Assembly (NCBI GenBank): GCA_003427395.1
Contig: BFEA01000025.1
Location: 4,823,659-4,887,658, forward strand
Origin: Chara braunii
Lineage: Eukaryota > Plantae > Charophyceae
Length of the DNA: 64,000 nucleotides
Direction of reading: 5' to 3'
The notes under the pieces are model-generated. The model ran no database searches. It worked only from the letters and a program-made list of their open reading frames with translations, and was not told the origin of the DNA. Shown here one piece after another: positions 39,801 to 51,489 of the stretch. Each line of letters starts with the position of its first letter. Positions within the stretch are counted from its first letter, which is position 1. Position numbers and translations under genes: made by a program.

Positions 39801-40416
39801 NNNNNNNNNNNNNNNNNNNNNNNNNNNNNNNNNNNNNNNNNNNNNNNNNNNNNNNNNNNNNNNNNNNNNNNNNNNNNNNNNNNNNNNNNNNNNNNNNNNN
39901 NNNNNNNNNNNNNNNNNNNNNNNNNNNNNNNNNNNNNNNNNNNNNNNNNNNNNNNNNNNNNNNNNNNNNNNNNNNNNNNNNNNNNNNNNNNNNNNNNNNN
40001 NNNNNNNNNNNNNNNNNNNNNNNNNNNNNNNNNNNNNNNNNNNNNNNNNNNNNNNNNNNNNNNNNNNNNNNNNNNNNNNNNNNNNNNNNNNNNNNNNNNN
40101 NNNNNNNNNNNNNNNNNNNNNNNNNNNNNNNNNNNNNNNNNNNNNNNNNNNNNNNNNNNNNNNNNNNNNNNNNNNNNNNNNNNNNNNNNNNNNNNNNNNN
40201 NNNNNNNNNNNNNNNNNNNNNNNNNNNNNNNNNNNNNNNNNNNNNNNNNNNTTTTTTTTTTTTTTTTTTTTTTTTATTTGGAGCATATTTCTTTTAGTAA
40301 AGGGCTACGGCTGGACCCGGACCCCCTTTTAGGGGCTTTTTAGCTAGGGTAGGAATTCTGGTGGATAGAAAAGGGACTCAGTAGGAACGTATCCCGGCGT
40401 AGGTTAGGTTAGCCTA

Positions 40417-40521
40417 TCGTCTTCACCGGAATAGAATGCCCGGTCTTTATCGCTGCATCTGGACCGACAGTTGTGCCAAATACAGCTATAATGACCGGGC
40501 GTTCTATTCGGGTGAAGACTG
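40417..40521. mobile_element. 105-bp MITE flanked by TA, copy B
   Basis: TA|TCGTCTTCACCGGAATAGAATGCCCGGTC...GACCGGGCGTTCTATTCGGGTGAAGACTG|TA. Confidence 0.8.
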
Positions 40522-42040
40522 TAGTAGGAAAATTCTGTTGCTTTCCTAGCCTTTTAGTCATTTCAGGTTTGTGAGGCTTTGTAGCGCGTGTGGGGTGGTT
40601 GTTAGTAGAGGAAGGGCTCAGAATAGCTGTCAAGGGGGACCAATTTTTAGGATTGATGCCAATTTCCTGGGCTTTCGGTCTGTGTAGAGTTTCCTTTTTA
40701 GGGAGAGTTCATGTTTTGTGGGGCTTTTCTTTCCAGGGCTGGGGGTTGTCAGGACAACAGTCTGGTTTTGGCCATTTCCGTCTCTGGATAGTATCCCGAG
40801 GCCTCCACCGGAGTTGGGTAATGGTCCCAGCATCAATTTTCCTGTTTCATTTCCGGGTTGTTTGTTGAGGAGTCTGGCCTCGCCTTTGGTGTGCGTAATC
40901 AAAATGAGCAGAGTCTTGTGAAAAGAAAAGAAAAGAAAACAACACAAAAACACAAACCAGTCGGCACTCATTTTCATTCTTTTCTTTGTGGTTGGCACTG
41001 CCAGCCAAATACGTCCTTAAGGCCGAGCCACCAAAACATGCAGATCCAGACAGCTTATTCATGAGCGATTGCGTGCAAAAGGAAAGAGTCATACACTGAT
41101 GCAGAGAAAATAAAAAGGGATTAAACTACCACAAGTACCTTTCCCCGCTTGAAAAAAATGTGGCAGCACGGAAATTCCCTGCCGCCGCAAATTGGCTGTC
41201 GGAGCCAGCCAGATACGTCCGCATCGCTTTGAATTGTCATCGCGTGCAGGGCGAATTCGGCCGCGCAGACGACATATGCGAAAGGTGCTGGTACCTAATC
41301 TTAGCGCAAATGGGCGGAGGAGTATTGACTGGAACCATAAGGTTGGCCGAGTAACTCGGTTTATTAGTTCTGTGGCCAATTGTTATGTCATGCACGGAGA
41401 GCATTGCACTACAACTGCTGAAAGCCGGGAGTGCGAGGAATATTATATGATTGGAGTGCGTGGAGGAAGATCATCCGGGAGCTATTCGTCAACATGATCA
41501 CAGCGCTGCCCATCACCTTCACGAAGGACTTCATCATAAAGGGACTTCTTCTTGTTCGTTTTATACAACTCGTCTTTATCTTCATCAACATTGCTGCTAG
41601 GCAAGAATCATCTCATCATCATCATCATTAATTTTCTTCTCTTGTTGGGAGTCATCAGTTTCATGATCATTGTTGTCGGGCTGCCATCATCTTCGTCATC
41701 TTTGCCACTGAATTATCGTCATCTTAATCTTTGTCAGCATCAGGCTGCTATCACGCAACTACTTGGCTCATCATCATCATCGTCGTCATCACCACGCTAT
41801 TGTGTGTTCTAACGCAATGACATAGTTGCGTGTTAAAAGAAAAAAAACCAGCGCAGTGCGCCGCTGTCATCAACGCGCCACTCCACGACGTTGTAAATTC
41901 AAACGATCAGAATGACGCTTCTCGCCATTTTTTCATGCTGTTTGTCTTTGACATTTGGGTTCGGATTATCTTCATCATTACCGACCCCTTTCTTCTCATT
42001 CACACGATCGACAATTTCTTCATAGTAACGCGGTTTTCGC

Positions 42041-42074
<34 letters not shown>

Positions 42075-42658
42075 GTCGTCGTCGTCATCATCATCATCAT
42101 CAACAACAACGACAACAACACCTGCTTTTCTTATTATCCTTTTTTCTTGCTCTTTTCCATCATAATTTTTCTTTCTCCTTCTAGTGTGTGAATGAAATAT
42201 CTATATGGAATTTTGAAGGTTAGTAGAGAGGGCTCCACTCTGCAGGGGCTTCACAAGGCGGGTGGTGAATGCCCTATAGGGAGGAAGGAGCAGACTATGT
42301 GGAATGCTCCAGTTTGGGGCTGAGAGAGATAATTAGGCTGCCATCATTTCCCAGAGGAGGCAGATAAGGGCAAGGGCTACGTTGAGATGTGCTTTAGGGG
42401 GAATTTGATGTCCTAGTGGGAGAAGAGGGTGAGTTTAGGACTATCACAACTGGGGCCGATCAGGAGAGTTTTTCAACCCTCCTGGTTGGCGGAGGAAGNN
42501 NNNNNNNNNNNNNNNNNNNNNNNNNNNNNNNNNNNNNNNNNNNNNNNNNNNNNNNNNNNNNNNNNNNNNNNNNNNNNNNNNNNNNNNNNNNNNNNNNNNN
42601 NNNNNNNNNNNNNNNNNNNNNNNNNNNNNNNNNNNNNNNNNNNNNNNNNNNNNNNNNN

Positions 42659-43370
42659 ATCATATCCTATCGGTGGCAGATTAGAGCGAAGGCATGACCG
42701 AGGCTTACTTTGGGGGCAACTATATGCCTGGAAGGAATCAGGAGGGAAAGTGGCGGGTCGTCTATGTGTGCCCTCAAGGGAGTGTGGGCTGATTTTGGAA
42801 GATGTACTTATCTAGGGTTGGGAGAGGTTAATGGGAGGACATCATATCCTATCCGTGGCTGATTAGAGGTAAGGCATGACCGAGGCCTACTTTGGGGGTA
42901 ACTATATGCTTGGAAGGAAGCATGAGGGGAAGTGGGACTGTCCTTAGTTGGGGCTCTTCATCATCTGTATCCTGTTGTGTGCCCTCAAGGGAGTGTGGGC
43001 AGATTTTGGAGGATGTACTCATCTGGGGTTGGGAGAGGTGAAGGGGAGGACATCATATCCTATCGGTGGCAGATTAGAGCTAAGGCATGGCTGAGGCTTA
43101 CTTTGGGGGTAATTATATGCCTGGAAGGAAGCAGGAGGGAAAGTGGCGGGTGAATTTTCTTCATCGTCTGTATGCTGTTGTGTGCCCTCAAGGGAGTGTG
43201 GGCAAATTTTGGAGGATGTACTTATCTAGGGTTGGGAGAGGTTAATGGGAGGACATCATATCCTATCCGTGGCAGATTAGAGCTAAGGCATGACCGAGGC
43301 CTACTTTGGGGGTAACTATATGCTTGGAAGGAAGCAGGAGGGGAAGTGGGATTGTCCTTAGTTGGGGCTA
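42659..43370 (+). repeat. Tandem repeat, at least 4 units of ~180-210 bp, continuing into a gap
   Basis: ATCATATCCTATC.GTGGC.GATTAGAG starts at ~42659, 42841, 43052 and 43255. Confidence 0.93.
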
Positions 43371-43507
43371 AAAAGGAATACTCGTGATCAGGGCACTCCG
43401 GTTTGGTGGAGGTAATAAAAGGGCATAAAGGAGATATAGGAGGGGGAAAAGAGGGGAGGGGGGGAAGGGGGGGGTAAGGGGGAAAAGGGGGGGAGGAGAG
43501 GGGGAGG

Positions 43508-44782
43508 ATGGGGGGGAAGTTGTTTTTGAACAACCCTTCGTTTGTTGAGATTCAACATCCGGAACACAAGGTGTTGCAAGAGAGTAAGCAGATGTATGAA
43601 GGTTTGGGTTTCGACAAGATCGGTGCTTGGAAGAAAGATGCTAAGCTTGGTAGGGCATACTGCCTACCTAAGCATAAAGACGTGACAAGATGGAGGCCGA
43701 TATGTCCTTCGTACTGCGAAGGTACCGTGGTTGGAGCTCGAGGTGTTGCTCGTGCTATTAATCTTTTACTGTGGAAACTGCCTGAGCGGATGCATTTCAA
43801 TCTCCGCCGTACGGATGACCAGATGAGGAAAATTTCCGGAATTAACGGACAGATGAAGAATACAGATGCGCTAATTGGAGGATCGTTCGATGTCAAGGAT
43901 ATGTTTTCAAATCTGCCGCACGAATTGATTGTGTTGTCTCTTCGATGGGCTCTGAACTACTGGAAAACAGATGGTTTGCTAGGGGTGTTGGTTCGGAAAC
44001 AAGGGAAGGATGTGAGACTGACAAGAGGGAAAGGTGAGGAGGGATGGATATTGTTGAAATTTACGACCATTCTGTCTTTCATGTGTTTTGAGTTGGATAA
44101 TACATGTGTCATGGCAGCTGGGCACATAATCCGCCAAAAGGTGGGTATTCCAATGGGCAAGACAACCAGCCTTGCCCTGGCGTGTCTTCTGTGTGCTTAC
44201 GATGAGTCTTCGTTTTTGTCATCTTTGGGAGCAGACAGATCACTTGTCTATGGTTGTCGAACGGTTGACGATGTTTCCTTGTTTGTCCGCTATCAGGAGA
44301 GGGACGAACTGTCGAAGTTGAAGGCTCAACAATTTTTTTAGTCCTTCCGCTGTTGTTACGATGAAAATCTTGTATTGGAGCAGATGAATTCTGGCATGAA
44401 TTGGGACTTTATTGGTAGTGAATTGTATATTCTGACGGATCCTTGCAGGATTGTGTGCCAAGCCACGCACAAAAATCAGAATACAGGAGTTGTACGACCT
44501 TTGACGTTTCAGAGTATTTAGGACTTTGTTTCGTACTCGAGTCGTCAACAAAAACTGGCTGTTATCGGTTCGTTTCTTCACCGAGCCAGGTCGTTTACTT
44601 CTATTCCGGGGTTGGAGTTCTACTTCCTTCTCACCCTGAAGAATGAGTTGTGGTTGCGTGGATATCCTGATGAGTTTTTTGATAGTGCGTTAATAAATTT
44701 CTCACGAAAGTTTGCTCGATGTTGGGACAATTGGATCCCTGTTTTAACATATTGGGATCGCTTCAGTGGCATGTTGGGTTGA
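43508..44782 (+). pseudogene. 5'-truncated Penelope-like reverse transcriptase, copy 2
   Basis: One reading frame with two in-frame TAG stops (44339, 44519). Motifs AYCLPKHKD..RWRPI, FDVKDMFSNLPH, GIPMG..S, RTVDDV, WDFIG and LWLRGYP. No C-terminal GIY-YIG before the TGA at 44780. Confidence 0.88.
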
Positions 44783-45332
44783 ATAATAGAAGGGTTTTTT
44801 TCTGTGCTACAATGATTGGTTGAGTAACAACTGGGAGGTTACTCACCTGTTGCCGGAACACAATAAGTAGTCAGACGCTGCTTGATATATGTAGGGGGAC
44901 CTATCTTGACGCTGTAGGTTGGACTTGGTTTAAATTTTTTTTTTTTTTTTCGTCAAATAGTGCCTCTTCAGGTATGCAGACGGTAATTGATGTCGGAGGA
45001 TCAGTGTGAGAATTGAGTCTTTCAAGATAGATGGATTTTTTTTTTTCGATTTTAGGTTACATACAGGGTCCCAGTACCTGATTTACTGTTTTTGGACGCG
45101 GCTCGGTCTGTTTGTTTTGATAGAAGGACGCGGCGATAATGTCGGCCAGCAGATGGGACATTGATACTGCTGATCTGTGGGACGAGGTCGGTTGGGTCCA
45201 AGTACCTGGTTTACTAAGTAGCTGCCTAAGTTCTGCCTGGTACTACTGTGGAAGCTTCTAGTAACTACTGACCTGTTACAAAGGGTATAAATCAAATGGT
45301 GGGTGTTGGTAACAGCATCCTCCGCGACCTAA

Positions 45333-45387
45333 GACCCCTGAGGAGTTCCGGTGGCGGCCAGACGAAACTAGTCGGGTCCATACCGCC
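45333..45387 (+). ncRNA. Minimal type I hammerhead ribozyme of PLE copy 2
   Basis: GACCC-CTGAGGA-G(stem II/loop GGCGG)C-GAAA-C-TA-GTC-GGGTC. Stem I GACCC/GGGTC is perfect and stem III is the palindrome ACTAGT. Predicted cleavage after C45373. Downstream CCGCC (45383-45387) is complementary to loop II. Confidence 0.85.
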
Positions 45388-45793
45388 TGTACTTCACGTT
45401 ATTTTTTTAATGAAGTCGCGTTCGGGAGACTTTCGTTTTTACCCTGCGTAACACTTTCTTCTTCTTCGTATTCTTCCATTCTTATATCTTCTTCATCTTT
45501 CTTGTGGCTATTGCAGTTTTTTTCCTTTCTTGCTTTGTCTTTCCTATTTCTACTTCTGTCGCTTTCATTTGCGTGAGTCTCGACGCTTGGTCGGTGGTAC
45601 GACCTGATGACTGTTGACCGTCACTTTGCTTTATGCTTACTTGGTTTAAGGAAGTTGCCGAATACCGAATGATTTCACACATGGCCCAGATATATCGGCG
45701 TGGCCCGACCATGATTTTGTTTTGTTTTTTTTTCGTTCCAGCCGCCGCGCGGCGCGATCATATGACGGATAAAAAAAAAAAAAAAAAAAAAGG

Positions 45794-45825
<32 letters not shown>

Positions 45826-46142
45826 CAGCTGCGGCGCGGCGCGGCACAACCGGAAAAAAAAGAAAAAAAAAAAAAAAAAGAAGAAGACAAAAGTGCCTGT
45901 TTCGAACAGGCACCATGTGTATAATGCGGGCCACTGTTATTATTGCCGTTTTGAACTACGGTCGGGACGGACCTGCGGACGACTGTTTTTTTTGCCCATT
46001 CAAAACGTGGGTTGTGACCCACGAGCCGTTGCCCCCCCAAAAAATTAACTATTACTTTATTTTTATTTATTTACCCTTAGTTTATTTTATTTTTATCTCG
46101 ACGAGGTCCGGTCTCTGTTTCGAGACTGATGGTGGAACCAAT

Positions 46143-46370
46143 GGCCCTAGCTCAATTGTACACCCATGAATTGTTGAAATATAGATCTGAGCTCGAATTT
46201 AGATAATGATGCTTGATCGGTAAAGCCAAGTATTTCTAATTTGCCTCGGCCGACCGAGCTCAATGATGATATTTCAAGGTTGCAATCCTCAACTTGAAGT
46301 CCTTCGGGACATTCGTTATGCTAACCCTTGCGTAAGGACTATATGCGTAAACTAAGAAAGAGAGAAATTT
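46143..46370 (+). pseudogene. tRNA-like head plus internally deleted U6 snRNA remnant (U6 from 46299)
   Basis: GTCCTTCGGGACATTCG...ACCCTTGCGTAAGGACTATATGCGTAAACTAAGAAA resembles the plant U6 5' stem and 3' half. The ACAGAGA segment is missing. Confidence 0.6.
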
Positions 46371-49114
46371 CCTTAATATGACAATGTAGCTTCTCATGTT
46401 TAAGTTTCATTCTCATTATGGGTAATTGGCAAGTGATGCAGTGGAGGCAGGCTGAGGTGTACGAGTAGAAAATGCAGAGAGAGTTACTTACATATTAGTC
46501 GAGATTCGATGAGGCTCATTTTCGTGGTCATCACAGGTGTAGAGGTTGTTGTAGCAGGTTCCTGCTGATGGTGGTCACCCCCGCAGTACGCATCCTTGTG
46601 TTTGTCGTCAATTTGCTCGAAATCTGCATTTCGAAATCTGCATTTCGAAATCTGCATTTCGCTGCTGACCTTCCTCCAAATCACAAGTGCTTGTCTGATA
46701 GCGACCAGGAGCATTACAAGTAGTTAGGCATTCAGGTAATGTTTAGGAAGTTGGAACGACAAGGAGAGGGGAGGGAAACAAGTTGGAGATAACAATTCAT
46801 GGGCAAAGTAGAGGTGCATGGAAGAGAAAACGGCAGGGAGTAATATTTACCTTGTGATGAATCTTCACATGTTTTAAGGGAAGATTCATTTTCATTTGCG
46901 CATTTGGCGAGTAGCCAGGAGGGGTCATCGACGCACGCCTCTGCCCGTTAGCCTGGTCGCGGTAGTCGGGACCTCCGCCAAAATGAAGCTCGCGGAGATA
47001 TTATGTCACTCACAAATCGTAACTAATACGGGGATCTACCTGACGCTCACCATGGTGATCGTCTGTCCCATCCTCCGCCATCGCTTCTTGCAACGACACG
47101 TTACATCCGCTATCTAGTTTACCCTGCTCATAGCCGTGTGCTTGTCTCCAAGACTAAGTCGTGCACGTCTAAGTGTAAACGATGTGAATGTTAGAATTGG
47201 GAGGAAAAGCTTAAAAAGTAAATGTATCTTTTCGTGTTCTAGCGGTAGAATCATTCTCGTTTTTGCATGGAGATCACAGTGCTGCTCGAGATAGTAAGGA
47301 TACTAAAAACAAGCTCGACAAGGTATTTTTTCCCTGTCGATTTTTCCAAGTCCGTTCCCTTGACTGTGGTTTCGCATAATGATATTGATAAGAACTGTGT
47401 GAGCAACAATGAGGTAACAATGATGACCGCCATCGCATAGAGGAGGATCATCGCCTGATCAAGGAGCACCGCCACTCACCAATTGTGCGAAATGTGAATG
47501 AATCCTCCACCAGAAATCAGAAAGGTTCATAGCCAAATAAGGACATTAGCAGCTACGCCTGCTATCGACCAAAATCGTGAGTGGATCCTTCGTTGGAATA
47601 TGGAAAGGTACCAATCAATCCACCCTTGCTCCCTTCGACTCTCCAACTACTAGCATGTGAATGCACCTGGTTGGTTGCACGACCAAGTTCATTCAAAGTC
47701 ATAAGGTTGAAGACCTCGGGCCAGGAGCGGACCACAATGATGATCACAAAGGTGAGGAGCATGAAGATCGTTGTAGTCACGAACGCAACAACGTAGTTTA
47801 ACCGCGCACTCACTAATTAAGCAAAACGATAATGAATCTCCCGCTTAAGCACGGGGAGATACACACCGTAGGAGTAGCTTCGTTGTCGTATCCGCAATCA
47901 GGTAAGATGTGAACGCATCTCCCGTTTGAACAGGCAGGACGCGCCGCTCTTCCTTACGGAGCACGTGCGTACTGTTCAACTCTCTCTCTCTCTCTTTGCT
48001 TGTTCTCCCACTAGGATAGGATGCACACCTTCAGTGATGAAAACAACCGTCATGACGCAAGTAACGGATGCGAGGAGCAACCACAGTTGGAATCACAATG
48101 ATGACTTTGGGGAGTAAAGTTGGGATTGTGATCAATCAGATATAGCGATCAAAGATGTCCCTTAATGTAGTCCGGTAAGGTTTCGACGCAAATTCCGTTA
48201 TAAGAGTATTCGCCCTGGTAGTACATGACAGGAAATAGTTTTTTACTTAAAAATTGAGTACACCTCATGAGTCGAGGTAGTATTTACTTTATGCCAATAG
48301 AATCTTTGACAAAACGTAAGGAGTGTGTGGGTGCACAGTTTAAGGCGCGCGTGATTCGTCTTGTTCGGGTTGCAAGCCGACATTTTTACCGGTTAATTTT
48401 TTTACTTTTGATTAAACCAGGCTTAAGTGATATCTCTCTTGGTTGGTACGTTGACTATGGCACGACCGCCCGCGAAAGTGACATTTGGAGAGTATGACGT
48501 TAATGGTTTGACAACCGACGCCACTATGAAAAAGATTATCGTTGTTTTAGTTGGTGTGGTGTCGAGTTTGTGACACGTATAACATATTGTACTTTGAGAA
48601 CTGATAGCAAGACCTTGGTGTGATAGGTGGTGCGTACGGCGACAATGAGTGGCACCAGGTGCCTCCGTGCGATGTGTATCGGCGCTCAACGGCCGCAGAT
48701 TTGACCAGTAGGCGAATGTCTGGTCTCGGGGTGTTTCAGTAGGGCCGCGCAAGTGTGCTGAACCAGTTTATAAGGGGCTTTGCAACTACGAGTCTTAGTC
48801 TTGGGCCTAACACTATTAGTTACGATATTGGACTTTCATTAGACAAGTTTAAGGACCAAGGCAAGCGACTGGCGACACAGGAGCGACAAAGCAGCCTGAA
48901 GGAGCCGAGGGGTTGTGGGTCTGGCACCCACCCTCGATTTTGTCGTCGATCCCAGCTTCTGGACCGGCTGGTGGGACGAAGATGTGTCGACAATCACCCC
49001 CCTCTCGGTATAATCCTAAATCTTTCTTTTTTTTTTTTTAATTATTATTTTCTTGTTCCACCTCTTTGGTCGCGGTACGGGTGCTGGAATCGGGACCGAG
49101 CGTGGTACCGACTT

Positions 49115-49323
49115 ACTTAGTTCGGTTGGTACACCCATGGACTGTTGAAATGCAGACTTGAGTTTGAGCTCCACGAGAAGCGTATGAGTAAAATACTTGA
49201 ATTCTTAATCATCGGGGGCCGACCACTTTCGAGGTAGTGCCTCATTACCATCCCCACGAGGCAGTCCTTTGGTACATCCACAAAAATGGGTACAATACAG
49301 AGAAGACTGGCATGACCCCTACA
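49115..49323 (+). pseudogene. tRNA-like head plus 3'-truncated U6 snRNA remnant (U6 49264-49323)
   Basis: GTCCTTTGGTACATCC..AAAATGGGTACAATACAGAGAAGACTGGCATGACCCCT matches plant U6, including the ACAGAGA box. Confidence 0.8.
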
Positions 49324-49703
49324 AATAGCGGCAGGCGGGATTGAAAACCTGCAATCTGTGCAAAGGTTTTTATGGGAGGTTATCCCCACCGATTGCAGGA
49401 GTGTTGAGGGAACCTAGACGAGGTTTTGGAGGTAGAGAATTGTCAAGTATAACAATTCTTATTCTTGTGTGAACTCATTATACCCATATCAGTACGTCTC
49501 TCTACACTGTCTGTTATGCGTGCATGCATTCCCTATGAACCTTCGTTTCTTTCCGGATTTGACTAAGATTAAGTAAAGGAGGTGCATGTATGAAATTCAT
49601 ATATTTTTATTGTTTCTGTTGTTTGAATCCAGATAATAAGGGATGAACTGGTGGAAGGTGGGAGAAGGGTGTTTTTGCTCGCGTTTGGACCGAGTTTTCA
49701 AAG

Positions 49704-51235
49704 GGTCAAACATTGTTTATAAGGGGAATGGTCTGATCGCTCTGTTTTATTCTGTTTTTTTAAGGATTAAGCATTGTTTTAAGATGAATGACTGGGTTGC
49801 TATGTTTCTTTTACTTGTTTTCTCCACAATCAGACATTGTTTCTAACATAAATGGTCTGGTTGTTATTTATTAAGGGCTTTGACTGCTTGAACTCTTAGG
49901 GTCAAAAATTGTTTATAAGGCGAATGGTCTAGCCGCTGTTTATTTTTGGGTGGTTTCTAAACAGGCTATGACATTGTTTCTAAGATGAATAACCCATAAT
50001 ACTTTTTTAAGGGTTGTAGAGGTGTTGGGGATTATGACCTTGGAGGATGTCCGACAGAGGGCTTCCCCCGCCGGGGTCAGCCCTACTGGTGGTGCAACGA
50101 GCCCACCCGCTCACCCAGTGATCACTCAAGGTAGGCAACACACAGTCCTCGGAACCCACCCGGGAGTATCGGCCCAGACCAGCACTACCAGGCTGCTGCG
50201 CTAGGGTTCACCCCGCTCGAACTCAGCATCCTACATCCCAGAGGCAACCCGGTCGGAAGGCGTCAGTACCACAGTCACTGCAGTGTTGTAGGGATGCGCG
50301 TCACTCCTGCTAGGAAGGGGATGGACCCTTCACTCCTCCCGCACACACCCCCACTTAGCCTGCCCCTCCCGGTGCCATCCCCCCCCCCATGGCCTCAACA
50401 ACCCCAATGGGCGGCACATGCTCGACCGTTAACGGGACCCAGGACGTACGATTGGGAATTCAGTGTCTGATGGGCACCCTGGCGGGTGGATCCCCGGTTG
50501 AGCCATGCAGAGCCCTGTGTGTACCCATGCCCCTAGGAGCATGCGCACTCAGTGTGTGAGTGGTAGTGCGACAACCTAATGCCTTGCCGACGGCATATGC
50601 AGGAGGATGCGGATTTGAGTACGCAACCTCATACCGCAATGTGCATTTCCAACCGGTGCCCTAACCACTGAACCATCCGCCACGCACACTTTTTTTTTTT
50701 TTTTGTACTAAGAAAAAAAAGTTGAGCATTGTTTTTAAAATGAATGACTTAAATCTTTGGATGTTTCTTCTAAGGGAGGTTCATGCCAAAAGACTAAGCA
50801 TGTTTCTAAGATGAATGGTTGAGTCTGAAGCCACTAATACTTAATGGGAACTGAGAATATGACTCTCTATATTTTGATTATTAATATATATATCTATACA
50901 AACAAGGTTAGTCGCACATTGTTTCTAAGTTGAATGATATGACTATACCCTTATCACAAACAATAGAATATAGTTAAGAGTTATAAATGGAGGCAACCTG
51001 GGCCGATTGAGCATTATTTCTAAGATGAATGACTCATCTCTACTCCCACTTTGAACACTAAGTGCAAAAGGATATATACAACTTGGATATTAAACCGTTC
51101 AGGGCTGACTAGACATTGTTTTTAAGATGAATGGTCTAGTAACATGCCCAAGGAACAGAGAAGTATTTCTACAACCTGTTCGTGTATAACTATGACAAAG
51201 AGTTAGACATTGTTTTTAAGATGAGTCACCTAACT
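49704..51235. repeat. Interspaced array of about 11 hairpins with conserved apex CATTGTTTCTAAGATGAATG
   Basis: Apex starts at 49711, 49772, 49835, 49907, 49972, 50727, 50799, 50917, 51012, 51114 and 51208. Flanks differ per copy but are self-complementary. Confidence 0.85.
50020..50690 (-). mobile_element. GC-rich insertion in the array containing tRNA-derived (SINE-like) heads
   Basis: 50600-50682 on - resembles a class II (Ser-like) tRNA: acceptor GGCGGAT/ATCCTCC, TGGTTCAGTGGTT, long variable region, TCAAATCC. A second A/B-box pair lies at ~50205-50283 on - (GAGTTCGAGC). Confidence 0.55.
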
Positions 51236-51489
51236 TAATACCCTATGTAAGCTAGAATAATGGATTAATCACATGAGAGTTCAACGAACTACTTGTATAT
51301 GGAAACAACTTCGGAATTTGGTGAGAGACTTACTCAAGTTGTATGTGTCTGCTTGATTGTAAGTTTAGTCCGAGTTATTTTTTGATAGATAACTGCTTTA
51401 AATGCTCGTCATGTGCCGAAACTATAACAGATAGTTTAATTTCTGCATTTTGAAGTTGAATTTATTCTTTATATTCGACTTTGTATAAA

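Noticed and set aside
40980-42130. Acidic, decayed coding-like sequence on the minus strand
   Set aside because: Multiple stops and microsatellites, with no assignable domain.
46480-48120. Possible exon fragments of a gene
   Set aside because: Could not build a consistent model or recognise any motif.
49704-51235. True CRISPR array
   Set aside because: Eukaryotic context, no cas genes, and very variable spacer length. Kept as an unclassified hairpin array instead.
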